DNA from: Nitrosopumilaceae archaeon
GTDB lineage: Archaea > Thermoproteota > Nitrososphaeria > Nitrososphaerales > Nitrosopumilaceae
Assembly: GCA_965207375.1 (NCBI GenBank)
Contig: CBDBMG010000001.1
Coordinates: 96,001-160,000, forward strand
Reading direction: 5' to 3'
DNA length: 64,000 bases
Part shown: positions 12,247 to 24,339 of the stretch, in pieces
How positions within the stretch are numbered: position 1 is the stretch's first letter
How the letters are laid out: each line of letters starts with the position of its first letter
Notes under the pieces: model-generated
Databases searched by the model: none
Seen by the model: only the letters and a program-made list of their open reading frames with translations
Told to the model about the DNA's origin: nothing
Translations under genes and position numbers: made by a program

Positions 12247-14589
12247 ATGTAGAACCGATGGATTTGAACAATAACTAATTTAGACTATGGTTTGCTAGCG
12301 TCTATTGCGCATGACATTGTTCCCCAAGACAATTCCAAAGGTATCTAAAACAGCGTAGAAGCGATCGATTCAAACGATAACCAAGTTAGCGAATGCCTAG
12401 CCACCATGTATATCATATAAAATTGCATTGCTATCATTATACCTCGATTTATTTTCAGCAATAGGCTAGGCCATATGTAGGATAAGTTAATTGCCATAGA
12501 AATGAATTTAACCAATCGAAAACTGCGTGCATCACAGCTGAGTAGTTAAGCGGTTTAATAACCCTGCTTGAGTATCTGTCGCATTTTAAAAGCCTAATTA
12601 CAGCAAAAATATCAAAGCATACTACACATACCATAGTCTAATATATATTTTTAGCAGATAAATTTTCGAGGATTAACTAACACAACCTTTTCATGGATAA
12701 AACTTGCTGTAAGGTAGCTAATTGCCATAAGGATACACACTATCCAGTTAATGGCGCCCTGCACTAAAAGTGTCAGACCGTCTTGGGTTCGGGCCGTCCA
12801 TGCCTTTCAAGTTCTGGTATAGCTCTTCAATATTCATTTTACCTTTCATTTTTACTCCAGTTCTGTAAGTATTCCTTCACTCGATCGCTCTCTATAAGTT
12901 CGGATACTTTGTGTATGGGCATCGGATATCTGGTACACAAAAATGGCAAACTTCCTCAGGAGGCCATGCTATATAGCTAGCTGCAATGGTACGTAGTAGC
13001 TATGCTCAGCTGTAAATTTAGCTCTGCTTTTTGCTGAAAGCTTGGAATACGTTCCACTAGCACTCTTGTCTAGTGCGCTCCGTGTCATCTGGCTCCACCA
13101 CAACGGCAGGCCCACCTGATGGCTAGGTAAATTATAATTTTCGTGGTTTAAATTTCGAGGATAGAGCAAAATCTGTGAAAACCTCAAAAATTTCCCCCAC
13201 GCAAAATTAACCCGCTATACAGTATTCTTTCAAGAGATAACAAGGTATGTATAAGTAGTCATTTAATAATGAAAGCATACTACATATCAATCAATAGAAT
13301 ATTGATAACCCTCTTTAGCTGGTAATAATTAACATATTTAAAAGTTTATACATATCAAAATTTCCTTTAAGCACATAGCTAGCTACTACGTAGGTTGGAG
13401 ATATGAGTATCAAGTACTGCAACAAGCTCTATAGGGATCCAACGAAAAATTGTGTAAACACTCTAATAGAACGTACGCCAAAAACCATCTTTAAAACTTC
13501 CTATGCTGTTGAAAAAACTGCCCAGATCCTCTTTCAATACTACTAAGACTATTACCGAAGTATAAAAAGCCTAGCTATATGGTATCTATATTTTTCATGT
13601 TTTTGAAAATATCCCAATTTCTCCATCTTCTTCTTCTTCTTTCGTGCATCTACAGTCCACACAAAGTCAAAATCAGAAATAAAAACTGCTGGCGTATCTT
13701 TAAAATGCCCCTACTCAGGTCTGTGATATTTTAAAAAGTTCGTTTTCTAAAGGGATTGGAAGATATGAGCCAAAACTTCCTCCATAAAGATCGAGAAGCC
13801 ATACGAACGCCCGTGGTGCATGTGCCAAAACGACCTCAACATTATGTGACCCATCTTATTGACGCCATACTGCCTGTTATAAGTGATTTTATAACTGAGC
13901 AACGTATTTCAGCTATTGATTTCAACCCTTTATTTTCATCGCTAGAAAAATAACTAAGTCCTTTATTTTCCACGTCATATATAACTGTTGAAGGTGGAGA
14001 ATAACACAGTGGATTTATCCATTCTAAGGTAAGTGCTATTGTGTGTTGTGTTAATTGTTGTATTTAACCACCGCGCGTGCTTTTGTCCTGGAAGTCGGTA
14101 TGTGTGCGCACGTCTGTGTGTGTCCGCCCCTCGGGCTATTAAAGTCATTGACGCCTGAATAACCAATTTAACAAGTCCTACTGCTTTTCAGTTTCTTATA
14201 AGGCACTGGCTATCGATACTATTGATGGGAGGGGCCTTAGTAACGAACCGCGTCGTGAGTTACTGCCAAAGAGGAGCAAGGTTACGCGGTATTTGCTGTT
14301 CATTACGCGGTAAAAGCCGTTTAACCAGTTGTACATTACTAACAAGACGGAGCGCTTCAGTTTTAAAAGTAGGCGTGCTGTGCGGGTTGCGAAGCTTACA
14401 AAACAAGACTGGCCTATAGTGTTACACTAATGCGTGTAAAGAGGCCGCTAGGGAGGCTTATGAGAGCAACCCTGAAAAGAAAAAGGAGGCTGTCAGAAAG
14501 ATTTATTACGTGAATAGTAAAAGATAATTGTTCATACATTTCATATGCAGGTGTCACTGTCCAGCAATGGACATGAAAAAACTAAAGAA

Positions 14590-14876
14590 ACTAGTAAATA
14601 TAAAAAATTGTTAATTTCAAAAAGGAGAATAGGGATCCTGAAAAAACTACCTAAACAAGGTGAAGATAGTGAGAGTTTGTGATTTTATTATATTTGAGTT
14701 CCCTATTTTGACTGTTGAAATGATATATGTAGTTGACCATACTCTCAGCTACTGTCAAAATAGGGATCTCAAATATAATAAAATCACAAACTCTCACTAT
14801 CTTCACCTTGTTTAGGTAGTTTTTTCAGGATCCCTATTCTCCTTTTTGAAATTAACAATTTTTTATATTTACTAGT
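14590..14876. repeat. Near-perfect fold-back (123-bp arms, 41-bp spacer) ending a TAGGGAT-family repeat
   Basis: Arms 14590-14712 and 14754-14876, one mismatch seen. Confidence 0.92.
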
Positions 14877-15469
14877 CAAATCATCAACTGTCAGCACTGG
14901 CATCTTATTATCAGCAACTGGTGCTTCAGTTACCAGAATACATGATGTAATATGAAAAGATTAAGCTAGTTTTATAATTTCCCTTAGAAACACAAAGTAT
15001 TTCTGAGCAACTATCTCTCAAGCTTGCAATATGTGATTATTCACATGAAAATTATGCTCTATAATCAATAAATAGAAACTGCATGTGGCTTTACTCCTGC
15101 AGAGCTATCATTTGTATGGCAACATTTGGTGACAGCTCTACAATGAGCTCAAAAATTAGCAATATAAATGATTTACTGAGCATTCTGTAACTGCACAAAT
15201 TCATTCACTTTATAGTTTGCTGCATATGTAGCACACAATGGTAGCTACTAAACTGGAAAGTGTTCTGTTGGGATTTGGAATAACTTTTTCTGTAAGTAGC
15301 TAGAAATTTGAAACAAAAGTCAATAGCTACACAGTAACACCATATGAAAACTCACCCAATCAATACTAATTTAATCATGTGATCTACGCTATTAATCTAC
15401 AAACCACTAATACTGAACTTAAGTGTAACTAATGCTATAGCTATGTATTTTGAATTTTGCATCTTATTT

Positions 15470-16385
15470 GCTAGCTACATAATGTAACTTCCTTAAGCAT
15501 GTATTGTTGGATTATGTATGACTTTAGTTCACAAACATCGTAAATTGGATTCTTAGTGAGACTTTTATTTTAGCAAATTGCTGGTTTCATTAAATTTAGC
15601 CACTAGCTAGCTAGCTATTGTTTGTGTCATGTGAAGTGCCCTAGCTAGCCATGGGAGTGATGTGTACTGTTACATCAATGGCACCACATATGCCAAATTA
15701 GTGATGTACTGATAAGAGGTTTTCCCGATTAATTGATATTTTAATTTGCTTAGTGACCAATATCAATAACCAATCCAATGTTTATATTTTACTCTATATC
15801 TACATATTTCATGCAATATTGCAATATATTTTCTCAACTTCATATCTCAATTTCATAAATAAAATTTTGTCAGGTAGTTAAAATAACATCAATTATAATA
15901 CCCCAATTATCTGCTAATATTATACCGATTACCGATGTCTTTAAAATGTTGCCGATAAACCAATTTCCAATCTTTTCCTGAGTAATTGGTGCATCACTAT
16001 GCCAAGTGATGTGTACAAACATACATACCATTGATACTGCATTGTACGTACATTGAACATGTTGATAAAATTATGAAAACAGACCTAGTAGATATTTTGC
16101 ATGAAGACATCACTTTGCCCCTCAGCCTCCTTATTTTGCCCCCCTTAGCCAAAATTTTAAAAGAAACCCTGATGGTTTTACTGCTACTGTTACAATCAAT
16201 TTGGTACATCTAGTACTGTCAAGTACATAGCTAAGTACTTTAGAGCTTATTCAACAAGTCACATTCATAGCTACATACAACAAAAATGGATTTACATATA
16301 CACAAAAAGACCCTGTGATAAGACACACACAGATATTTATAGATCCTAACCAGGCACACTAACCCTAGTTGTAAAAACTGCCTAT
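15470..16385 (+). repeat. Paralogous intron segment, diverged copy of 38416-38975
   Basis: Shared blocks such as ggtttcattaaatttagccacta, gctagccatgggagtgatgtgtactgttaca and ttttgcatgaagacatcactttgcccc. Confidence 0.85.
15699..15999. mobile_element. Old hAT-type MITE, absent from the paralogous segment at ~38.6 kb
   Basis: TIR tagtgatgtactgat / attggtgcatcacta; TSD tgccaaat / tgccaagt. Confidence 0.7.
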
Positions 16386-16666
16386 GAAGTGCATCCGTCC
16401 ACTTTGTATCTCTCCATGAAGTGTATGTATTTTGCCCCATAAAGATTGCACTATATGATAATATACATTAACTTGGAAACTAGCTATATAGTAGCAAAAT
16501 ATATATTATGTCTTTCACTTTGCATCCAAATAATTTCTTGGTATATATTACAATTCCAATGATACAATTGTCTGAACATTTATTTCAGCTCTAATATCCA
16601 ATAGTGCTAACTACTAGCTAACTAGCTAATTAGTTACAGAATAATTTTACCAGTGCTTTTGTGTAG

Positions 16667-19600
16667 TTAATTGTGGACATCCTGGAGCTATAGCTAATGG
16701 AAATGTTACTCTTACAAGCACTAATCTGGGCTCCACTGTAACCTATACCTGTCATGTACCATTTGTCCTGTGTGGTGATGATACAAGGACATGTTTAACT
16801 ACTGGAATGTGGTCAGGATCAATACCCAGCTGTAATTTGATCAGTGAGTACCAGTATTTATAACCAGGAACTGTTACTGATTTACATTGGTCTACAGGGA
16901 GTGTAGTTACAGTTAAACGTACCACATATACAGTTAAAGAGAGTGATGGTTTTGTTGATATTACCATATTAGTTGATACACCAAATTGCCATGCTATCAG
17001 TGTAACTCTCCACCCAAAAGAACAAACACCTGTAGATGCTACTGGTAAGATTAAGAATCAAGCTTGTTAAGATATTCCCTATCATCTCTTTAGTTGCTGA
17101 TTTTGATAGCACTCCTATTAGAGTTACTATTTTGCCTGGAGACACTGATGTTACAGTGTCCATTCCAATTGTAAATGATACAATAGTGGAAGGAGAGGAG
17201 AGGTTTGATGTCCTGCTTGAAGCCAGTGGTATTGGAGTAGTTTTAGGAGATCCAAGACAAGCAGAAGTAACTATTGCTGGTAAGAAGAGTGAGATTTTTA
17301 TCATGGACCACGATAGTGGTTCAAATAATCTGTAAAACATCAAAACATCATACAAACACTCTAGAATTCCTTTATATGTACAATACGTATATGGTGTAGC
17401 CATAGTAATAGTAATAGCTATAGCTATAAATAATATCCCACAGGTATTGCATGATCTATGCCTAGTGATAGTTTATAAGCGGGAATTTGTTAATTGACAA
17501 GCCAAAGTCACTGTCAATTCACCTACAGTTAACCATATACGTAACACAGTTACACATTGTGCGCAGTACCATATTGGGTAGCTATAGTGAACTAGCTATG
17601 TAGATGTGCATGGTTCACAAAAAGAAAGCACAACATCTATCAACTTCAATGCAAGAACAATAAACCAAGCAATTTTTATGAACATGATTGATGAGAAAGT
17701 TGAAGAGATTGAATCGATGATAGCTACATCATACTTTGACCTTGTACATTTGATCAGCAACAATATTATCTTCCAAGATTATTACTTAACCGATGGCAAC
17801 AAAAGTAAGTGATAATTGTGTTTTTGTTTTCTTTAGCTATACTAGCAATCCATTGACAGTACCCAACTTTTTCTTTAGTAAACTAAAGGTAAACTGACAG
17901 CATTAATTATGCAAATGTTGAAAGTCTCTAACTGTGGATCAACCGATCAAGATTTAGACACAAAGTAGCTACAGAGCCAGAAATAAGGGCTATGAAGTGT
18001 TCAGAAACATGTCAACACAAGATAACATCTAACTATGTCCATTAACATGTTACAGAATATGAGCAACCAAATATTCAAAAGAACTAGCTAACTAGCTTGC
18101 AATATAGTTGTAGTGGCTAGCTAGCTAGTGTGTAAAAAGTTATAAAAGGTAGGCATATTTTAATATGCCATATTGTATTTGTTTATTCACACTTATAAGT
18201 GTTTGTACAGTGACACCCCTGCGGCACAAAAAGGAAACGAATTGAAAAGGAAAATACCATAACAGAGTAAGCGATATACTGTAGCTAATTGTGACTTATC
18301 CCTACATAGCTAAGTGATGAGCGTGTTAGTAGCTACAGGTAAGGATTATTGTAATAATAAATTCAGGTTTGTATGTAGTGATGTTGCCAGTGAGTTAATT
18401 GATGCTTTAGCAAAAAACTTTAACTGTTATATCAAGAGTCCATTATAGGCTATATGGTTAACTAATGAACAAAAATCTTCTTGGGTATCTAGATAAAATT
18501 AATTCACTATATTTGACACTACCATAAGTGGCAAAATGTTCAGTGGAGGGATTAAACTAAATGGCATATGCAAACTTTCATTTTTAGTTTTGGTATAAAA
18601 CCTCAGTACCAAATATAGTTCATAATTGCATTCATAACATTAAAGATAAAGCATACTGGAGATAGAGTATAACTTAATTGTAGTGCAGTGGGCCCTAGCC
18701 CCCCCAACTCTGAAAAGGCAGGGGTAGAGCCCTCTAAAAATAAGCCAGTGTATGCTCTAATATAACAGTCAATACCAAGCAGTGGATAGGGCAACTTTAT
18801 AAATTTCAATACCAGCAGTGCTAGTCTCCCAACTCTAATTTGCTTCTGCCACCTCTGTGACTAAGAGGATAATAGGTGGGAGCTAGAATAGTTAAGTTTC
18901 CCCCAACTTTGCAAATGGAGGAGCGAAGTACCCCAAAAACAATGATTTGTGATGTCATAGCTGTATGTACATTGTACACATCATAATAATGTTACTGTCA
19001 TAGTAATAATGTTACTGTCATAGGGACCTGTATATTGATGATAGCTGCAGATAGTATATATATACGTATAACGTACGTATATAGAAGGTAATTATAACGA
19101 ATAATTATTATACTGAATAACAAGTCTTCTTATCTCCACACCCATAGATGCAATGAAATTATATGACTACAGTTGAGTCAGCATGCATGCATGACTTTTG
19201 CATTATATCTGTCAACCATGTAAGTACATACACCTAATTGTATCATGATGAAAAATTTTAAAGCATTTATTGTCCTTAAAAAAGCATAACTACATTACTA
19301 GCTACATAGCTACACATGCAGTTACCCAATTAATGGTACAAATTTGACACAATAGAATTTAGATTGTTTGCTTATTCACAAAGGAAATGGTTTATTGAAG
19401 GTGTATGGCCAGTTAGATGTGCAGACAAGCTCCTTTCAGTCCCTACGTCTTTGATCAGAGTGGAATGGTGGCACAAACTGTTTGGCAATATGACTGTGTA
19501 AACTTTTCCATAATTAATATAATCTCCACATCCTACTGAATGATTTAGTGATTTTATTGTACATAGATTGTAATCGTGGGGTATTTTTATTAACACCCAC

Positions 19601-20820
19601 TCAGCTGACTCAGGAGCTCGAGGCACCATCATTAATGCCACAGTGACAGTGACATACAGGTACCACAGAACATATAGTTGGCTGATCTGTCACTATATAG
19701 AGTCATGAGTCCATCATATCTTGCTCATATGCATGTTGCTGTACAGCATGTACATGATAAAATCTATGTCACTGGGGTTAATAGTTATATTTATTTTGGC
19801 ATTATTTATTGTACCTCAGCCCTAATATAGCTAGCTATAGCTATAGGGTCATAGCTATTATTGTAAACCTATAGCAACAATTTTTGTAAAATTTTTCGTG
19901 ATCATGATCCTTGCAATTTTATATAGCTATAGTACTTAAAATTTTATGTCTGCAGTTGTGAATACTTCTATATCTAGCTATATAGCTACAAAGTGTACCA
20001 TAAAAAGTAAACGAACTAGCATTTAAAAAATTATAATTTAGAAAGGGAGTAGGGATTGCAACAAAAAGTAAGGAAACAAGTAGCAAACTAGCTATAATAG
20101 TTGGCTAGCCTGAGAGCACCCAAATCTACAAGATTTAATCCCTACTTTGGTAGATGTATAGCTTCATATTTAAGCATCATGCATATGCATATAGCCTGTC
20201 AAAGTAGGCATTAAATCTTGTAGATTTGGGCGCTCTCAGGCTAGCAAACCATTATAGCTAGTTTAATAAAGTGCATCTGTCAATATTTCCCCATCAAAAA
20301 ATTGCACTATACTGTAATTCACAACAATTCATACACTATAACAAAGTACCTACGTATGTTAAAAATGGTTATAATACAATAATTATATACTAGTATATAA
20401 GTGCTTATCTTTTGTGTTATTGTTTTAATAGGAGCTAGCAGTGATAGTAGCTCAGATGATAATAATGGAACAATCATTGCTTTGGCTACAATATTGGCTA
20501 TTGCTGTATCTGGACTGGTGATTTCTGTAATCATTAATGTATTCTTTATTGTACAACGTAAACAATCAAGGTATGTTATAGCTAGTAGCTGTACATTGTA
20601 TGTACGTAGCTATATAGCTATTTGTTAAAGATATGATGTTAATCAGAGTAGCATTGGATGCAGTGATGTCAAGCAATCAGTATCAAGAGACAACACCATT
20701 ACAGATACTATGAACAAGCATAATAAACCATCTGCAGAATATGAACTTGCACAAGTTGAGAATATAAATCTTGGTTGCACTGTTAAAATGGATACTAATC
20801 CTGCTTATCTGATCTTGTAA
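16667..20820 (+). CDS. Gene A, 3' portion: Sushi/CCP - Calx-beta - transmembrane - cytoplasmic tail with YxxL-like and NPxY motifs; 5' exons not in window
   Basis: Exons 16667-16843 (NCGHPGAIANG...WSGSIPSC), 16898-17044 and 17094-17279 (YTVKESDG...IPIVNDTIVEGEERF), 20432-20570 (IIALATILAIAVSGLVISVIINVFFIVQRK) and 20631-20820 (...AEYELAQV...KMDTNPAYLIL*). Frames are compatible and all introns are GT-AG. Confidence 0.8.
17606..17806 (+). pseudogene. Degenerate Calx-beta half exon in a gene A intron
   Basis: TTSINFNARTINQAIFMNMIDEKVEEIES resembles vtF.ag.t...v.i.i.dD...E..E and ends at gtaagt; no clean acceptor. Confidence 0.35.
20000..20264. repeat. 3' fragment of TAGGGAT-family repeat with ~70-bp fold-back
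   Basis: aaactagctataat...agatttaatccctactttg [~50-nt spacer] caaagtaggcattaaatct...attatagctagttt. Confidence 0.75.
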
Positions 20821-21294
20821 GAAGTCAGAAGTGTAAACATAAACGATGTACTGATCATATTTCCATTAAATGTAACTACCCTAAATAATTGGCTATGTAT
20901 AGTTGTAATTATACCTGTGGTGTGTGTAATATTATCTTTACCAGCTAGCTAGCTAGTAGTGTGTAGTAAATAGCCATTGCTATGCACATTATTCTGTTAT
21001 CATTAAATATGGTAGTAGCTACATAGCTATTTAATAGTAGGGATTAGCATGAAAATAGTTTTCAACTCCATAACAAGACCTTACAGCAAGAAATGTATTG
21101 GCAACTCAATAATACTATATGTAAACGTTGTACATGCACTTTCTAAATGCATGAAAAATTCCATCAATGCAATTTGTAGCAAAAGAATTCTTACGACTGC
21201 CTGCTGACCTATAAGTGACCTTCCTTAAGACCTAAGAGTATGGCTCCAAAGTTTTTACTCAACAAAGGTATAAATTAATGTTAAAGATAGACAG

Positions 21295-21945
21295 CTACCA
21301 GTACAGTCAACAACTCTATACTGTTTCACTGCATGGAGAGATACAAAGTTAATTTGTTATGTACTGTCATTAATGATATTCATGTCAATTATTCATTACA
21401 AATAAACTGGTACAAAGGAAATAAGCTCATAAATACCAGTGAGAAAACATAATTTGCTATATAATGAAACCGTTAAAGATTCTAGACAACTTATATAATT
21501 AAATCAACACTAACACTTGACCTTGTAAACCCTACTGATGATGGAGTGTACACAGACAAGAACTTTCAATCATTGTGATCTGCACTCTGAATCAAAAACA
21601 AATTAATCATTGAATGTGAGTTTATAGCTAATAATAATTTAATGTTTCTTCATTCAGATGGTCCATGTGTTTCCATAGTAAATCAGTCACCTTACATGAC
21701 TACTGTGAGCAGTGTGGGGACAATAATTATACTGTCAAGCTAGCAGTAAACCTATTCCCACAGTACAGTGGTACAATGATAACTTTCTTGTTTAGCTACT
21801 TATCTCCATCAAATTTCCAGGTGTTTTTAGTTCCACACACTACAGTGTACACTTGTGTAGGTGTATATTATGGTGAGAAACATAATTATAGGATTTACAA
21901 ATTGTACATGTAGCTATAGCCAAAAGGTAAGGGAAATACTTAAGC
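21295..21945 (+). pseudogene. Decayed copies of gene B Ig exons 6 and 7 (48299-48945)
   Basis: Shares aattattcattacaaataaactgg, tttgctatataatgaaac, cattcagatggtcca, gtaaatcagtcaccttacatgactactgtg and aaaaggtaagggaaata; contains indels and stops. Confidence 0.88.
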
Positions 21946-22239
21946 ATTTAACAGCAACTATATGTGCATGGTCTTATTGCCATAAAAATTTTTGAGTCTT
22001 TCAAGTTTAATAACTCTTTTCTGAACACAATAGTTTAGCACTAACTTCACCATGTAGCTAGCACAAATCCTAAGCAATTCAATAAAACTTACAGAATTTG
22101 AATAGCACCTACAGAACAAGAGATAGATACCATAATACACATGGGTGTATTTTCGGGCAATAAGACTGGTTTTGTCAGACCGGGTCACATATAGCTATAG
22201 CTATTTTTGCAGTTAGCTATATAGATAGTAGTTAGCTAA

Positions 22240-22740
22240 TTATTACATATAATAACTTGGCCAATTGATAGTTTTCAACATACTAGTACTATCATAATGA
22301 TTTTCTAATATTGAAACTCTAGATCTAGGGATTTGTCAAAATTTTATCATTCAAAGTTTCTCCAGCAGCTATAAAGCTGTTGCATTTAGCTACTCATCAA
22401 ATTTTACCTAACCCTGTAGTTAGGCCTAATTTGTCAAAATTTTCCACTGTCAAAATTTTGTGTTAGCTATAGCTATATCAGCTAATATGAATATAAATAA
22501 CATGAATAGTTAGCTAGATATATGTTAGCTACGTATGTAATATGAATTATAAACAGTTAAATGCACCTATAAACTTTTCCTTTAACACACATTTATGTAC
22601 AACAGCTTGTCGTATTGCTGCATTTAATTTAATTAGCTAGATAGCTGGTGTAGTTACGCATGTATAGCTAGATCTAGTTTATAGAAATTAGCTATTTTTT
22701 CTGAATGGTGTGAACATGTACGTACGTAGGTGTGTGCATG
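22240..22740 (+). repeat. Diverged copy of gene B 3'UTR/downstream region (49350-49920)
   Basis: Shared ctaatttgtcaaaatttt, agctaatatgaatata and ttaacacacatttatgtac..agcttg. Confidence 0.7.
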
Positions 22741-23029
22741 TTTGTACGTCTACTCTACATAGCTACGTATCGATATTGTAGTTTATAGCTAATAATATAG
22801 CTAGTTATATTAGCTATTTTAATTTTATGTTGTTATAGCTATTGTACGTATAAATAGTTGTTGTATCTTAGTTGGGGGTATCCCTATAGGCTCTGCCTTT
22901 GTACCTCCAGTGTTATTAATTATAATTAATTAAAGAGAAACATTGATGAATGACCCTTCAAGAAGGTAGCTATCCTGAAGGCGGTAAACACCTAATTTCT
23001 CATTATTGACCAATCAGTCTAACTCCATA

Positions 23030-24230
23030 GGTCTGTAAATCCATCAGAATCCATCCCTTGTTGGAACGTCAGAATTATTATGTCAGACTCCCAATTTGGT
23101 TTGTCATAAATGTTCTACCACTCATTTAATTTACTGCCATGTTTCTCAGGTTGCTTGTGAAATGCAATATCACATTATTTAACAAGTGACATGATATACG
23201 TAGCTAGTTACTATCAAAATCAATGCAGGATCACATGTTTGTCAAATTTTTGGCTATGTGCTGGAATTTAATTTGCTAGCACAGTCTGAAGAAGTGAACA
23301 GTCACCCTCCTTAGTTGTGTGATGCAAACAATTTCACTGAGGATCAATAGTAATGTGAAGTACAAAAAGAGGTCCTAAACTTGAGCCTTGATCATGATGA
23401 AGCACACCAGCTGAAACATGTACATGTGCCCACAGAGGTCCATTTAAAACAATGTGTTGGCGATGTTTAGTAGGAAACTTGAGAGATCTAGAACACTACT
23501 GTATGTAATACCATGTTTTTCAGGTCTGTAGAGGAGTGGTTTTGAAAGCCACCAGAACCTTCAACATAATATATTTTTATGTGTGCATGCTGCTGCAAAG
23601 AATTATAAGGCATTTTTCTCTCTAATGTTGCCAATTCTTGAGTCTACTTCACCAGCTTGGCTGCAATACACCAAAAAGGTGAGCACTTTCAAAATGCTAT
23701 ATATACGTGTAGCTATATACACGTGTGCCCAAATACCTAGAGCCCAAAGTGACTACATAAACGTTTTCATATAGCCACTGGTGAATAATCCGTACCTACA
23801 TTCTACATACAACAATGGGAGGGTAAGGTTGTCAAAAGGAAGTCACCTTGCTGACAGTAGGAATTGGTGAGTGATAGGCTTCAATTTTCTGTGGTTCACC
23901 CAACTCCAAATTAAAGAAATTTCAAGTCTGGTTCAAGTCGAACTCCTAAGGTCAATGGTTGATGGCTTGATGCTGCTCTAGCTGATCAAACAAACAAGCT
24001 ATCAAAATCTTCTCTAATACAGAAAACTGGATAATCACTAGATTCGGCAAATATCACCTGCTTCATGGATTGATAATCACTATATATTGTCGTATAGCTA
24101 ATTATAAGTAGTGTCCCAAGTATCGCGTGATCACTTCTGCCTAAAGGATCACCAAAACAAATAATTATGTTTTCTCCACTAGCAATTAAGTACAATATCG
24201 GATTTTTCTGACCATCCAGATCTATTGCCG
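23030..24230. mobile_element. Degenerate non-LTR retrotransposon fragments on both strands
   Basis: Plus strand SDSQFG..CSTT and AFFSLMLPILESTSPAW (RT-like); minus strand GDPLGRSDHAIL (AP-endonuclease end motif). Confidence 0.55.
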
Positions 24231-24260
24231 CTTTATGAGACGTAATCGTTGTTGCGTAAG

Positions 24261-24270
24261 ATCACGTGAC
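24261..24270. promoter_or_regulatory. E-box (ATCACGTGAC) upstream of gene B start, conserved in gene C promoter
   Basis: Identical 10-mer at 51846-51855 upstream of the paralogous first exon. Confidence 0.45.
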
Positions 24271-24339
24271 CATGGCTCGCGTGATATTTGAGAGGTGAAT
24301 CTTGGTGGTGGGCATGTTATTTCAGTTTAATGTACGAGA

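Noticed and set aside
19372-19780. Possible Kelch-like coding relic (HVAVQHVHDKIYVTG) in a gene A intron
   Set aside because: Only one short motif in broken frames; not enough to call.
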